Source of the DNA: an uncultured Candidatus Micrarchaeota archaeon
GTDB taxonomy: Archaea > Micrarchaeota > Micrarchaeia > Burarchaeales > Fermentimicrarchaeaceae
Reading direction: 5' to 3'
Length of the DNA: 64,000 bases
Assembly (NCBI GenBank): GCA_963760615.1
Contig: CAVXDX010000012.1
Location: 8,308 to 72,307, forward strand
Shown here: positions 45,299-55,151 of the stretch, one piece after another
Position numbering within the stretch: the stretch's first letter is position 1
How the letters are laid out: each line of letters begins with the position of its first letter
Notes under the pieces: model-generated
Seen by the model: only the letters and a program-made list of their open reading frames with translations
Database searches by the model: none
What the model was told of the DNA's origin: nothing
Made by a program: the position numbers and the translations under genes

Positions 45299-46459
45299 CT
45301 AGGGCTGCTCCCACTCAATCTCGTAATACTCGTACTTGCTTCCCGGCAGCTCTATCCTCCTCACCCTGTAGTATGTTACAGAGGTTTCCCTATCGCTTAT
45401 TGCAAGAATCAAATCCAACCCCAGCTTCTTTGCACTTTCAATTGCCTCTGCCAGCTCAGCACCGCCAATCTGCTCCTCCTCGCTGAGTGACAACATAATA
45501 AAGCTAGGGTCATCCTTGCCGGGAACTTCCACCCCTCCATTTTTTCTGTGGTAGAGCAGAAAATCCAGCTTCGCCTTTGCCTTCCTCTTCGCACCGGGTA
45601 TGGCAAGTATGAATGTCTTCCTCACGCTGTGCGCCACCCTTATTGCCCTGGCCCACTCAGAAATTAACATTCTGCTGCTTCTTGGAAATACATGTATGAC
45701 ATGCTTGGAGTGCACCCACTCCTCACCAGTCTTAGTTGGAGATGCCTTTGGGAAGTACACTCTGAAATGCGTGCCGAATTTGAAGCCCGTCTTGAGTATG
45801 AAACCCCTCAGCCTCCAGTCCTCGTATACATCATACATGTAGTGCAAATCAGGCCTGCTCTTCTTTGCGTATGCCTTAACCCTCCTCTCGCTTGAATTTT
45901 TCAAATGCAGCCCGCAGTGCTCCAGCATGAAAAGAGTTTCGTAAACATCCAACTTTGAGAGCTTGCCCCTCTGCTCTGCCTTGTAGCTGCCAAACTGCCC
46001 CAGCCAGTAGTTTTCATACAGTTCCCTTCCAACCTCCTCATCATCAATGATTGTAATCAAATCGTCCGGAAAGAACAATCCTTCAATGCTGTATTTCGGG
46101 GATGTGAATTTTCCTGAGGGGTATTTCTTTATTGGGCTCTTTCCATAACTCCCCCTTGCCTCTTCAATATTCCTCACCATGAGGCCCCTGTCCCTCCAGT
46201 CTTTATAGGTGAAATACCTTGCCATGAGCTTCTTTGAGTATAAGAAATGCGAGAGGTCATTGAATCTCAGCTCGTTGCCCTTCTCATCATAACATTTGGC
46301 ATTCCTTATGTCCATGAAGTATAACGCCTCTTCAGGGAAAAGGTAAACAACTCCTTTTCTCATCACTCCATAATGACCGTTCTGCAAAGAGCTGACAGAC
46401 TCTGGCTCGCTAACTGTGAGCTCCTTGCTCTGAATGTTGAATGAAATTGTCACTGGCAT
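45299..46459 (-). CDS. endA: tRNA splicing endonuclease, epsilon2-like
   Basis: LFPEEALY, YKDWRDRG, KTGFKFGTHFRVY..HSKHV, RVAHSVRK; ~387 aa with repeated endonuclease units. Confidence 0.88.
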   Translation of the reverse strand: MPVTISFNIQSKELTVSEPESVSSLQNGHYGVMRKGVVYLFPEEALYFMDIRNAKCYDEKGNELRFNDLSHFLYSKKLMARYFTYKDWRDRGLMVRNIEEARGSYGKSPIKKYPSGKFTSPKYSIEGLFFPDDLITIIDDEEVGRELYENYWLGQFGSYKAEQRGKLSKLDVYETLFMLEHCGLHLKNSSERRVKAYAKKSRPDLHYMYDVYEDWRLRGFILKTGFKFGTHFRVYFPKASPTKTGEEWVHSKHVIHVFPRSSRMLISEWARAIRVAHSVRKTFILAIPGAKRKAKAKLDFLLYHRKNGGVEVPGKDDPSFIMLSLSEEEQIGGAELAEAIESAKKLGLDLILAISDRETSVTYYRVRRIELPGSKYEYYEIEWEQP

Positions 46460-46511
46460 CTGTTTCACTGAATATAAATATGTCTATATATAAATTTAAA
46501 TTGGTACCACA

Positions 46512-47483
46512 ATGCCATACATACCTGAAGCTCTTGCAATTCAGCTGAGGAAGCAGCAGTATCATATTGTTGGCAGCCATTCCGCTGTGAAGAGCTGCAA
46601 GTATCTGAAGGAGGGCATACTGGGAAAGAGGCTGTGCTACAAGAACACATTCTACGGGATAGACAGCTGGAGGTGCCTGCAGTGCTCCACCATGGTGAGC
46701 TGCAACCTCTCCTGCCGCTTCTGCTGGAGGATATCCCCCGAGGATGTGGGGTTAAGCTGGAACGAGATGAGCACTCCTGAATGGGATGCTCCCGAGCTGC
46801 TTGCTGACGGGTTTCTTAAAGAGCAGAGGAGGATAGTCTCAGGTTATAAGGGGAATCCCAAGGTTGACAGGAAGAGGTGGGAGGAGGCGAACACGCCTGC
46901 CCATGTCGCAATAAGCCTTGTTGGTGAGGTGACGATGTATCCCTTCCTCTCAGAACTCATGGATATATTCCACCAGAAGGGTATGAGTACTTTCATTGTG
47001 ACAAACGGCACGCTTCCCGAGAAGCTCAGCAGCCTGAAGACATTGCCGACGCAGCTCTACATGTCCCTTGAGGCACCAGATGAGGAAACATACCTCAAGA
47101 CATGCAGGCCAAAGGTGAAAGACGCCTGGGAAAGCGTGAACAGGACTCTTGAGCTCTTTCCCTCTCTTAAAACAAGAAGAGTTCTAAGGCTCACCCTTGT
47201 CAGGAGATTGAACATGTTCAAGCCTGAGAAGTATGCAAAGCTCATTCTCAAGTCAGAGCCGGATTATGTTGAGCCCAAGAGCTTTGTTTTTGTGGGCGGC
47301 GCAAGGTATAACAGGGGCTTGGAGCTCGGGGACATGCCGAGCCATGACGATATAAGGGAGTTCGCAAAGAAACTTTCTGAGGAGACGGGCTACATAATAT
47401 CTGATGAAAGGACTGACAGCAGGGTTGTGCTTCTCTGCAAGGATAAGGGTGCTGAGAAGAAAAGGTTCATTCAGAAGAAGTAG
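46512..47483 (+). CDS. taw1: tRNA 4-demethylwyosine synthase (radical SAM)
   Basis: HSAVKSC, CYKNTFYGI, CNLSCRFCWR, HVAISLVGE, VTNGT. Confidence 0.92.
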   Translation: MPYIPEALAIQLRKQQYHIVGSHSAVKSCKYLKEGILGKRLCYKNTFYGIDSWRCLQCSTMVSCNLSCRFCWRISPEDVGLSWNEMSTPEWDAPELLADGFLKEQRRIVSGYKGNPKVDRKRWEEANTPAHVAISLVGEVTMYPFLSELMDIFHQKGMSTFIVTNGTLPEKLSSLKTLPTQLYMSLEAPDEETYLKTCRPKVKDAWESVNRTLELFPSLKTRRVLRLTLVRRLNMFKPEKYAKLILKSEPDYVEPKSFVFVGGARYNRGLELGDMPSHDDIREFAKKLSEETGYIISDERTDSRVVLLCKDKGAEKKRFIQKK

Positions 47484-47767
47484 GTATTCCTGTCCCGCTC
47501 CTTTGCTTTCACTTCCAAGACTGCGCTCTTCAGCTCATTCTGGGTTGGAACACCTACAAAGGTTAACCTGCCATTTATCAGTATCGCAGGAGTTGATTCC
47601 AGGCTTAATTCATCTGCCCTTGCCTGCCCCTCCTCTGTGATTATGCTTGACTCATGGACTATGACGGGGAACTTGCATTTTGAAACGAAGGTACTGGCAA
47701 CTCTCAATGCCTTTGGTGAATGAGGGCAGTTTGGAGAGGTTATAACTTCGATGTATATTGGGTCCAT
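47471..47767 (-). CDS. Thioredoxin-fold protein with CxxS motif
   Basis: TSPNCPHS, TPAILING..FVGVP. Confidence 0.75.
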   Translation of the reverse strand: MDPIYIEVITSPNCPHSPKALRVASTFVSKCKFPVIVHESSIITEEGQARADELSLESTPAILINGRLTFVGVPTQNELKSAVLEVKAKERDRNTYFF

Positions 47768-47811
47768 GATTATTTTTTGTTGCTCGTTATATAAAAACCC
47801 CTAGTAAAAGG

Positions 47812-48519
47812 TTAGGCGGGTCTGAGAAGCCCAAGTTTTCTCTCACTCCTGAAAATCCTGATTTTTGAATTCGGCTTGACTCCGTGAATGAACTGCCCGT
47901 CTATGACGAGGTCTGCATTGCCTGCAGTGACGCTCATCTCGCATCTTGCTGAGTCTGGAAGCACCACAGGCTTGAATTCCCTCCTGTGGGGTGCTATTGG
48001 AACAACCTCATATCTCCTTGCCAGCGGGCTGAGCTGCGGCGCACCTGCGGAATATGCATACGCACTTGAACCGGTTGGAGTTGAGAAGAGCACCCCGTCT
48101 GCCCTGAATTTCCTGCTTCTGCCGCTGAAAGAAAGTGAAACGTCAATGACTCTGTGGTCTCTGCTCCTGATGCATATTTCATTCAGGGCATTTTCGTAAA
48201 CTCTGCCAGAAATGCTGCAGCGGAGCATGCTCCTCCACTCAATTCTTGAGCTGCGCAGCACTGCGGAGAGCATCTTCCTCCAGTTCTTGAAGTTTGACTG
48301 GCAGATGAAGCTTCTTTCACTTCCGATTCCAAAAATAGGCTGCGTGTATCTGTCCTTGTTGTACAACATTGTCCCGTCCCCGCCGATGGTTATTAGGACG
48401 TCCCCTCCTCTTTTTAACTCAACCCCATGCTTCTCAAGGAAGCCCTCAACTTCTTTTTTGAGCTCAACGGCTATTCGTTTATCCGGATTCGGGGTGACAA
48501 AGGCGCTTCTTATCTTCAT
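47812..48519 (-). CDS. nadK: NAD kinase
   Basis: GGDGT, ALNE, DGVLFSTPTGSSAYAYSAG. Confidence 0.92.
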   Translation of the reverse strand: MKIRSAFVTPNPDKRIAVELKKEVEGFLEKHGVELKRGGDVLITIGGDGTMLYNKDRYTQPIFGIGSERSFICQSNFKNWRKMLSAVLRSSRIEWRSMLRCSISGRVYENALNEICIRSRDHRVIDVSLSFSGRSRKFRADGVLFSTPTGSSAYAYSAGAPQLSPLARRYEVVPIAPHRREFKPVVLPDSARCEMSVTAGNADLVIDGQFIHGVKPNSKIRIFRSERKLGLLRPA

Positions 48520-48523
48520 CCAA

Positions 48524-48922
48524 TCACTGAGATTTTAGTATACTTATTACTATCTCCCTGTCCGACCTCGGCCCATCAAGCTCGCAGAACATTATCCTCT
48601 GCCATGTGCCAAGTGCAAGCTTACCCTCCTCTATGGGTATTGTCCTCCCGCTCCCGAGCATACCACTGAGCAGGTGGGCGCGTGCATTATTGTCTATGTG
48701 GTCGTGCGAATAATCCATTTGGGGCAGCATTTTTTCAAAAACCTGCTCAAAGTCTCGCTGGAGGTTTGGTTCAAACTCATTTAGGACTATTGCAACGGTT
48801 GCATGGGGCGCATGCACCACGCATGCTCCAAATTTCACACCGCTTTTCTCTACGGCATACTCAATCTGGCTGGTTATGTCGACCAGCTCAATCTTCTTCT
48901 TTGTCGATATGGAAAACCTCAT
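48524..48922 (-). CDS. yjbQ: YjbQ family protein
   Basis: HATVAI, HDHIDNNARAHL, LGTWQRIMFCELDGPR. Confidence 0.9.
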   Translation of the reverse strand: MRFSISTKKKIELVDITSQIEYAVEKSGVKFGACVVHAPHATVAIVLNEFEPNLQRDFEQVFEKMLPQMDYSHDHIDNNARAHLLSGMLGSGRTIPIEEGKLALGTWQRIMFCELDGPRSDREIVISILKSQ

Positions 48923-49281
48923 TACATCACCCTCATCCTGCAAAGTTCGGCAGTATCATTATCCTGAATAAGCCTGCATACAAGTGAGCTGTTGACCTTC
49001 AGGCCCATCACGACATGCACGCACTGTTCCCTGAGGGAGGTTTCAGCTGCACAGTCCGACTCAGAAAGTGTTGAAATTGCTACTCTCATCACGCAATACT
49101 CCCGCAAGGTGGCATTCTGAACCTCCGCGCACGTTGTGGTATTGCCATCCCTCAAAGCCAGTGTGGAGAAGCAGCTGTCCCTCACACCTGCATCCAGGGA
49201 ATTCTCGCATATGGTGCGCATATCGGTTAGATTGGAGCATCCAAGCAGCAGAATGGACAGCAGAAGGATTTTGAAATTCAT
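48922..49281 (-). CDS. Small lipoprotein-like protein with Cys repeats
   Basis: LLGC lipobox; repeated RDSCF/REYCV/REQCV units. Confidence 0.65.
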   Translation of the reverse strand: MNFKILLLSILLLGCSNLTDMRTICENSLDAGVRDSCFSTLALRDGNTTTCAEVQNATLREYCVMRVAISTLSESDCAAETSLREQCVHVVMGLKVNSSLVCRLIQDNDTAELCRMRVM

Positions 49282-49373
49282 ATAGAGTATAATGCAGCTG
49301 AATTATTTAAAGCCTATAGCGCTATTTGGTATTGAGAAGGAGTCCAGATTTTCACTGGCAAGCATGTCACAGG

Positions 49374-50114
49374 CTATATGAAACGCTGTAGCGCTTCCTC
49401 CTCCATGAAGTGGAGCTTGCCCGGTATCACCAGTATGAAAGGCGGCTTCCCAAGCTGCTTTTTAGTAAGTTCCTCCGGCTTTCCATATGTTATCTTCTGC
49501 CCCTTGCTCCCAACCCTACTCAGCACTACTGCATGGAATTCACCAAGCCTCTTTTTTTCTTTCTCAATTGCAAGCAGTTGCTGGAGCGCTTCTGATGCCT
49601 CCATGCACCTCTCCTTGATATCGAGGAAGACAACAGAATGCAGCCCCCTCTCCCTGTTCTCGGCTATAACCTCATAGCTGCTTGTGGGCTCATAGCCCTT
49701 GCTCCAGAGGGCGATGGTGCACGGCTTTCCAAGCTTATATGCCTGGAGGCCGCACTCGCCAATTGCAGCTGTGAGTATGGATGAGGAGTGCACCACGGCG
49801 GTTTCTATTCCTCTCTTCTCCGCGGAGAGCTTCAGCGATATGTGAGTTGTTGAGATAAGAGGATCGCCAGGAACAAGGAGTGCAACCTTCTTTGAGAGAG
49901 CCTCACTCAGTATCCTATCCTCCCCCTCAACCTCCTCCCTGTTGAGGATGGTTATTTTCCTGCCCACAAGCTTCTCCAGCCTCTTGAGCGAGCCCTTCTC
50001 TCTGCTGCCAGTGTACTGCTCTGCAAATACAACGTCGCAGCCCTTCAGCTCCTCCAGTCCCCTGAGGCTGACGTCTTTCTCGTCCCATATCCCCATTCCA
50101 ATGAGCAGCAACAT
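49374..50114 (-). CDS. dph5: Diphthine synthase
   Basis: LIGMG, EQYT, LVPGDPLISTTH, SSILTA, GLHSVVFLDI. Confidence 0.92.
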   Translation of the reverse strand: MLLLIGMGIWDEKDVSLRGLEELKGCDVVFAEQYTGSREKGSLKRLEKLVGRKITILNREEVEGEDRILSEALSKKVALLVPGDPLISTTHISLKLSAEKRGIETAVVHSSSILTAAIGECGLQAYKLGKPCTIALWSKGYEPTSSYEVIAENRERGLHSVVFLDIKERCMEASEALQQLLAIEKEKKRLGEFHAVVLSRVGSKGQKITYGKPEELTKKQLGKPPFILVIPGKLHFMEEEALQRFI

Positions 50115-50993
50115 TCACACACCAGCAAGCAGCCTCAGGGCATCCCTCACCCCTGGTGCCAGACCGAATATTATGAGTAGAAGCAGGATATAGATTTTCT
50201 CATCCCTCTGGTCATCTGAGGTTTCGACAACCCAAACGGCAAGGGTTGAGAAGAGCACCTTCACAACATAGAATGCGAACATCGTCCCGAAGACTGTCCC
50301 CAGTGCCCCGCTGACGACATGCTGCTCAAAATAGTTTCCGTTGAAAAGGTCTATCGCCACGTAGGAAGCAGCACCATCAAGCGAGTGGGAGAATATGACG
50401 AGAAGCTGCGACAGGCCAGCCTTCAGCTTCACCCTTTCCAGTAGGAGCTTGCCGGAAAACAGGCCGATAAGAGAGAGCACAACAATGAGCAGGAAGTGCA
50501 GCCAGTTTTTCATGAGCGGCATGAGAAGTATGATGTGCGGAAGGAGCAGCACCAGCGCAAACAGCGGGAGGAGGTCCATCCTCTTTATTCTGTTGAAGAA
50601 GATTATTGAGAGAAATGTCAGCACACCTATGACAACGTATATGCCTGGAGTTGCAGTGAGAAAGCCGTAGTCGTATACATGCAACCCGCCAACAAACCCG
50701 TACAGGCCAAAAAGTGCCGAGCTGTTCTGCAGGAACTGATTTGGAAGGCCTGAGAAGACTCCCCCAGTTGCATCGGTTACTACTCTCACAACAGAGCCAA
50801 GGATTATGAATGGTATGACGCGGAGGACAAATCTATCATCCAGCTTGACTTTCTCCCTCTTGAGGATTTTGAAGAAGATGAACGCAAAGAACAGCGCAAT
50901 GACTGCATAAACTAGAGTGTTGATTACATTGTAGCCAGTCCTGTCGTAAACCGGCTTTATGAAATATGAGTCAATGAATTCTACTACATCCAT
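50115..50993 (-). CDS. DUF63-like membrane protein
   Basis: GYNVINTLVY, TPGIY, HSLDG, EQHV, GLAPGVRD. Confidence 0.85.
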   Translation of the reverse strand: MDVVEFIDSYFIKPVYDRTGYNVINTLVYAVIALFFAFIFFKILKREKVKLDDRFVLRVIPFIILGSVVRVVTDATGGVFSGLPNQFLQNSSALFGLYGFVGGLHVYDYGFLTATPGIYVVIGVLTFLSIIFFNRIKRMDLLPLFALVLLLPHIILLMPLMKNWLHFLLIVVLSLIGLFSGKLLLERVKLKAGLSQLLVIFSHSLDGAASYVAIDLFNGNYFEQHVVSGALGTVFGTMFAFYVVKVLFSTLAVWVVETSDDQRDEKIYILLLLIIFGLAPGVRDALRLLAGV

Positions 50994-50994
50994 A

Positions 50995-51507
50995 TCATCG
51001 CTCCCACATCTCTATGAACCTATCCACTATTGCATCAAGGAAACTGGTGCGGTAGGTGATTATCGCCTTTGCAATCTCATCTGGCTTCGCGAGGGAGTAC
51101 AATACCTCCTTTCCAATTCTTTTCTTCCTTGCAAGTTTTGACTCCAGCATCTTGTCAAGGTACCAGGAGGTGGTAGCGGGTGAACGCTTGAGCTCTTCTG
51201 CTATTCTCTTGTGGTTGAGCTCTTTGTCTGTAAGAAGCATAATTGCAATATGTCGTATGGGTTTCTGCCTCAGGAGAGAGAGGAGCATCTTTTCCCTTTC
51301 TGTGAAAATTCCTATGGCATAATACCGCACATACTCCCCATCCTTCTTCTGGATTACCATGCTATCGTGGAGGAGGTTGGTGAGGTGGTACTGCAGCGTG
51401 CCCACAGGTAGCTTTAGATGCCGCTGTATTTCCCTGAAATGGCTTCCTGGGAAATGCAGGACGTGCTCATATATCTGCTGACGCTGCTCCAGACCCTGAA
51501 CTCTCAT
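50995..51507 (-). CDS. Double winged-HTH transcriptional regulator
   Basis: PGSHFREIQRHL...GTLQYHL; second HTH SPATTSWYL. Confidence 0.82.
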   Translation of the reverse strand: MRVQGLEQRQQIYEHVLHFPGSHFREIQRHLKLPVGTLQYHLTNLLHDSMVIQKKDGEYVRYYAIGIFTEREKMLLSLLRQKPIRHIAIMLLTDKELNHKRIAEELKRSPATTSWYLDKMLESKLARKKRIGKEVLYSLAKPDEIAKAIITYRTSFLDAIVDRFIEMWER

Positions 51508-51510
51508 ACT

Positions 51511-51780
51511 CTACTCCCTCACCACAGCAGAGAATATCAGGGCCAGCGTCAGAAAATCGAGTAGATTGGAAAGCAACATTGCGAATATGGACTGCTCACT
51601 TGTCAGTTTTATTAGGGTTCTTGCGAAATAGGCAACAAAAGCAAGCGAGACAAACAGTATAGTCCTCCTCCTGTTCTTCCTGTATGCCAGAAGTGATATG
51701 ACAGCCAGCCCAAGGGCAAAGATGACTGTTGATACCTCCACCAGCAGGTTAAAGCCAGTTATGTATTCTTCCATATTCAT
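51511..51780 (-). CDS. Small three-TM membrane protein
   Basis: LLAYRKNRRRTILFVSLAF; adjacent to the regulator. Confidence 0.7.
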   Translation of the reverse strand: MNMEEYITGFNLLVEVSTVIFALGLAVISLLAYRKNRRRTILFVSLAFVAYFARTLIKLTSEQSIFAMLLSNLLDFLTLALIFSAVVRE

Positions 51781-51804
51781 CCCTCCAAAACGTTAACAAT
51801 TTCC

Positions 51805-53238
51805 TCACTCAAACTTCCAGCTCGTTCCCTCCTTTTCATCGTTGAGGGCCACTCCCGCCTTCTTGAGCTCAGCTCTTATTTCATCTGAAGCCTTCCATTC
51901 CCCTTTCTTTCTGAGCTCCTCCCTTGCCTTTATGAGGATTGCCATCATCTTTTCAACCAGCTCTCCCCCAGCCCTCTTCTCCTCTGTGAGCTTCAGCCCG
52001 AGAATTCCGCCAAGCTCCTCAAACATCTTCAGAATCTTTTCCTTCAGCTCAGGACTCATTGAATCATTCTTTGATGTGAATGAATTCAGTTTTGTTGAGA
52101 ACTCGAAAAGAGAGGCCAGCGCACTTGGTGTGTTGAAGTCGTCATCCATTGCCCTCTCAAACTCCTCTCTTATCTTTTTAATAAGCTTTTCTAACTCCTC
52201 ACTCGCTGTTTTTGAAGGCTTGAGCCTCTTAAGAAGCAGGATGGAATTCTTCAAGCTCTCCAAGCTCCTCCTTGCCTGCTCCAGGTTCTTCTCGCTGTAG
52301 TCTATTGGGCTCCTGTAGTGCGTTGATGTGAAGAAGAAGCGCAAAGTATCCGCGTCATATTTCTCAAGCGCCTGGCGCAGCGTCACATAGTTACCCAGCG
52401 ACTTGGACATCTTCTCTCCATTTATTGTGAGGAATTCGGTGTGGAGCCAGTACTTAACAAAGGGTTTCTTCCCAGTAAGTGCTTCTGCCTGCGCTATTTC
52501 ATTCTCATGGTGCGGGAACTTCAAATCCCTCCCCCCTCCATGAATGTCAAGCTGCTCCCCGATGTACTTTGCAGACATCACTGAGCATTCAATATGCCAG
52601 CCTGGGAAGCCCTCCCCCCATGGGCTGGGCCACTTGAATGGGTCACTTTCCCTGGCTTTTTTCCACAGTGCGAAATCCTCTGGGTTTCTCTTGCCGGGAT
52701 GCACCTCAAACCTCGTCCCTGCAGCCATCTCCCCCGGGTTTATCTTTGAGAGTTTCCCATAATCCTTGAACTTGGAGACATCGAAGAAGACATTGCCGTC
52801 AACCTCGTAGGCATACCCTTTCTCAATGAGCTTCTGCACTGCCTGAATCATGTCTATGATGTGCCCAGTCGCCCTCGGCGAGATGTCCGGCCTGATGACA
52901 CCAAGGCTGTCCATATCCTTGAAATACTCCCGTATGTACTTTTCAACAAGCGCCATTGGCTGAATTTTCTCTTCGGTGGATTTCTTCCCGATTTTATCCT
53001 CTCCAGTATCCTCCCTCAGGTGGCCTACATCTGTTATATTCTGTATATATGTAACTGAGAATCCCCTGTGCTTGAGCCAGCGCAGGATTATGTCAAACGC
53101 TATGTACGTTCTTGCGTGTCCTAGATGCGCCCAGTCATAGACTGTGGGGCCGCATACATACATCCCAACCCTTCCCTTCCTGAGAGGTATGAACTCCTCC
53201 AACTTTCCACTTAGGCTATTGTGCACTTTCAACGGCAT
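51805..53238 (-). CDS. cysS: Cysteinyl-tRNA synthetase
   Basis: [40 protein letters not shown]; start MPLKVHN at 53238. Confidence 0.96.
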   Translation of the reverse strand: MPLKVHNSLSGKLEEFIPLRKGRVGMYVCGPTVYDWAHLGHARTYIAFDIILRWLKHRGFSVTYIQNITDVGHLREDTGEDKIGKKSTEEKIQPMALVEKYIREYFKDMDSLGVIRPDISPRATGHIIDMIQAVQKLIEKGYAYEVDGNVFFDVSKFKDYGKLSKINPGEMAAGTRFEVHPGKRNPEDFALWKKARESDPFKWPSPWGEGFPGWHIECSVMSAKYIGEQLDIHGGGRDLKFPHHENEIAQAEALTGKKPFVKYWLHTEFLTINGEKMSKSLGNYVTLRQALEKYDADTLRFFFTSTHYRSPIDYSEKNLEQARRSLESLKNSILLLKRLKPSKTASEELEKLIKKIREEFERAMDDDFNTPSALASLFEFSTKLNSFTSKNDSMSPELKEKILKMFEELGGILGLKLTEEKRAGGELVEKMMAILIKAREELRKKGEWKASDEIRAELKKAGVALNDEKEGTSWKFE

Positions 53239-53250
53239 CTGCTCACCCAG

Positions 53251-53321
53251 AGCCAGGAAGGGGAATCGAACCCCTCTATGCCGGTCTGCAGCCGGCCACA
53301 TGGCCACTCTGTCATCCTGGC
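53251..53321 (-). tRNA. tRNA-Cys(GCA)
   Basis: Acceptor GCCAGGA/TCCTGGC, U73, anticodon arm GCCGG-CTGCAGA-CCGGC. Confidence 0.96.
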
Positions 53322-53353
53322 GCGGAGTATATTTTGGTTAATTTGTTATTTAA

Positions 53354-54637
53354 TTACGTGCCCTCCTCCCAGGAGCGCGCATACCTCTCCTGCTCCTTGC
53401 TGGGCTTGGAGAGTTTTATTCCCTTTGCTGCGAGGGCAAGCTCCGCAACTACGTCGTCTATGCTTCTGGGAACCGAGATTACCTTTGCAGGAAGCTTTTT
53501 TTTCAATATGAACTCCAGGCTCAATGCCTGAATTGCGAAGCTTCCATCCATTATTTCTATTGGGTGGCCCTGCCCTGAAGGCCTTGCAAGGTTGACGAGC
53601 CTTCCCTCAGAAAGCAGGTACAGCTTCTTTCCATTCTTCAGGGTGAAGCGCTCCACGTTCTCCTTAACTCTCTCCCTCTTTTCAGAGAGCTGCTCCAGCC
53701 CCTTTAGGTCTATCTCATTGTTGAAATGCCCTGCGTTTGCGAGTATTGCGCCATCCTGCATCTTCTCGAAATGCTTCTTGGTTATGACATCTACATTTCC
53801 AGTTGAAGTTATGAAGAGCTCTCCCTCTCCCGCTGCCTCATCTAGGTTCATCACCCTGAAGCCACTGTAAAGAGCTTCAAGAGCCTTGTGCTGCCCTGCG
53901 GGACCCTCCTCTTTTCCAAGCCTGCCAGAAACTTCAACAACTATAACATTTGCGCCGAGGCCTCTCATCCTTTCGCTTATGCCTCTTCCGCACCACCCAA
54001 AGCCAATCACGACAACAGTTTTTCCTGCCACTAGCTTGTTAGTTGCGCGCATTATTGCATCAGCTGTGCTCTGGGCTGTGCCAAACCTATTGTCAAAAAG
54101 GAATTTTGAGTAAGCGTCATTCACTGCAACAACTGGAAGCTTCAGTTTGCCCTCCCTCTCCATTGCCCTGAGGCGTGTCACCCCAGTTGTAGTCTCCTCG
54201 CAGGCACCCCTGATCCTCCCAAGCAGCTCCTTCCTCTTTGTGTGCACCATGAATATCTGGTCGCACCCATCATCAATCAACAGGTCGGGCTTGCGGTCAA
54301 GCACGCTGTTTATATTTTCGTAGTATTCCTTCTCATTTTCACCAGCCCATGCATAGACATGCATGCCTTCCCCAGCAAGCGCAGCAGCCACTCTGTCGTC
54401 AGTAGTCAGCGGATTGCAGCTTGCCGCAGCTATGCTTGCACCTCCTTCCTTGAGAGTTTCAAGTAGCACGCCCGTCTTCTTCTCAAGGTGCAGGCACACC
54501 CCTATGGTGATTCCCTTGAATGGCTTCTCCCTCTCAAACTTCTTCCCTATAATTGAAAGGAGAGGCATGTTCTCTCTGGCCCACTCCAGCTCCTCCCTGC
54601 CTTCCTTTGAAAGCTTCGCATCTTTTATTCTGCTCAT
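53354..54637 (-). CDS. ahcY: Adenosylhomocysteinase
   Basis: CLHLEKKT, SCNPLTT, DDGCD, EETTTG, FDNRFGT, GHFNNEI, EGRLVNL. Confidence 0.96.
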   Translation of the reverse strand: MSRIKDAKLSKEGREELEWARENMPLLSIIGKKFEREKPFKGITIGVCLHLEKKTGVLLETLKEGGASIAAASCNPLTTDDRVAAALAGEGMHVYAWAGENEKEYYENINSVLDRKPDLLIDDGCDQIFMVHTKRKELLGRIRGACEETTTGVTRLRAMEREGKLKLPVVAVNDAYSKFLFDNRFGTAQSTADAIMRATNKLVAGKTVVVIGFGWCGRGISERMRGLGANVIVVEVSGRLGKEEGPAGQHKALEALYSGFRVMNLDEAAGEGELFITSTGNVDVITKKHFEKMQDGAILANAGHFNNEIDLKGLEQLSEKRERVKENVERFTLKNGKKLYLLSEGRLVNLARPSGQGHPIEIMDGSFAIQALSLEFILKKKLPAKVISVPRSIDDVVAELALAAKGIKLSKPSKEQERYARSWEEGT

Positions 54638-54769
54638 ATCCACCCTCCAATATGTTTATACGTTCTATTCTAAAAACTTCTCTCTCACTATAGACAATGT
54701 TATATACTAGCTCAAATATAACCGAGTTTTATTTAAAACTGTTTGTTCAAAAATAACTTGGGTGACCCT

Positions 54770-55147
54770 ATGATGATGCCATGCGAGGTTATAGTGCGCT
54801 ACTACCTGCCTGCGATGAGGTACAGAATAGCTGATGAGCTTATGGAGAACTACGGCTGGACGCAGGTTGAGGTTTCTGAGAGGCTGAGGATAACGCAGGC
54901 TGCAGTGAGCAAGTACATGGGAGGGAAGCTCGATGAGAAGGCAAAGGAATTCTCCGAGATGAAGGAAGTGAAAGATGCAGCCAGGAGAATTGCAAAGGGG
55001 ATTGCAGAAGAGAAACATAGGTCTGACTCCATAGCAGAGCTTTGTATTGTATGCGGCAACCTGAGAAGAGAGGGGAAGCTGTGCAAGATGCATCTTAGCA
55101 TGAAGAAGTTGAAGGAGTGCAACTGTAATATATGCATTAGCAGGTGA
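54770..55147 (+). CDS. Predicted XRE-HTH transcriptional regulator with Cys cluster
   Basis: MPCE....LPAMR, TQVEVSERL.ITQAAVSKY, CIVC..LCKMH. Confidence 0.82.
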   Translation: MMMPCEVIVRYYLPAMRYRIADELMENYGWTQVEVSERLRITQAAVSKYMGGKLDEKAKEFSEMKEVKDAARRIAKGIAEEKHRSDSIAELCIVCGNLRREGKLCKMHLSMKKLKECNCNICISR

Positions 55148-55151
55148 ATGC

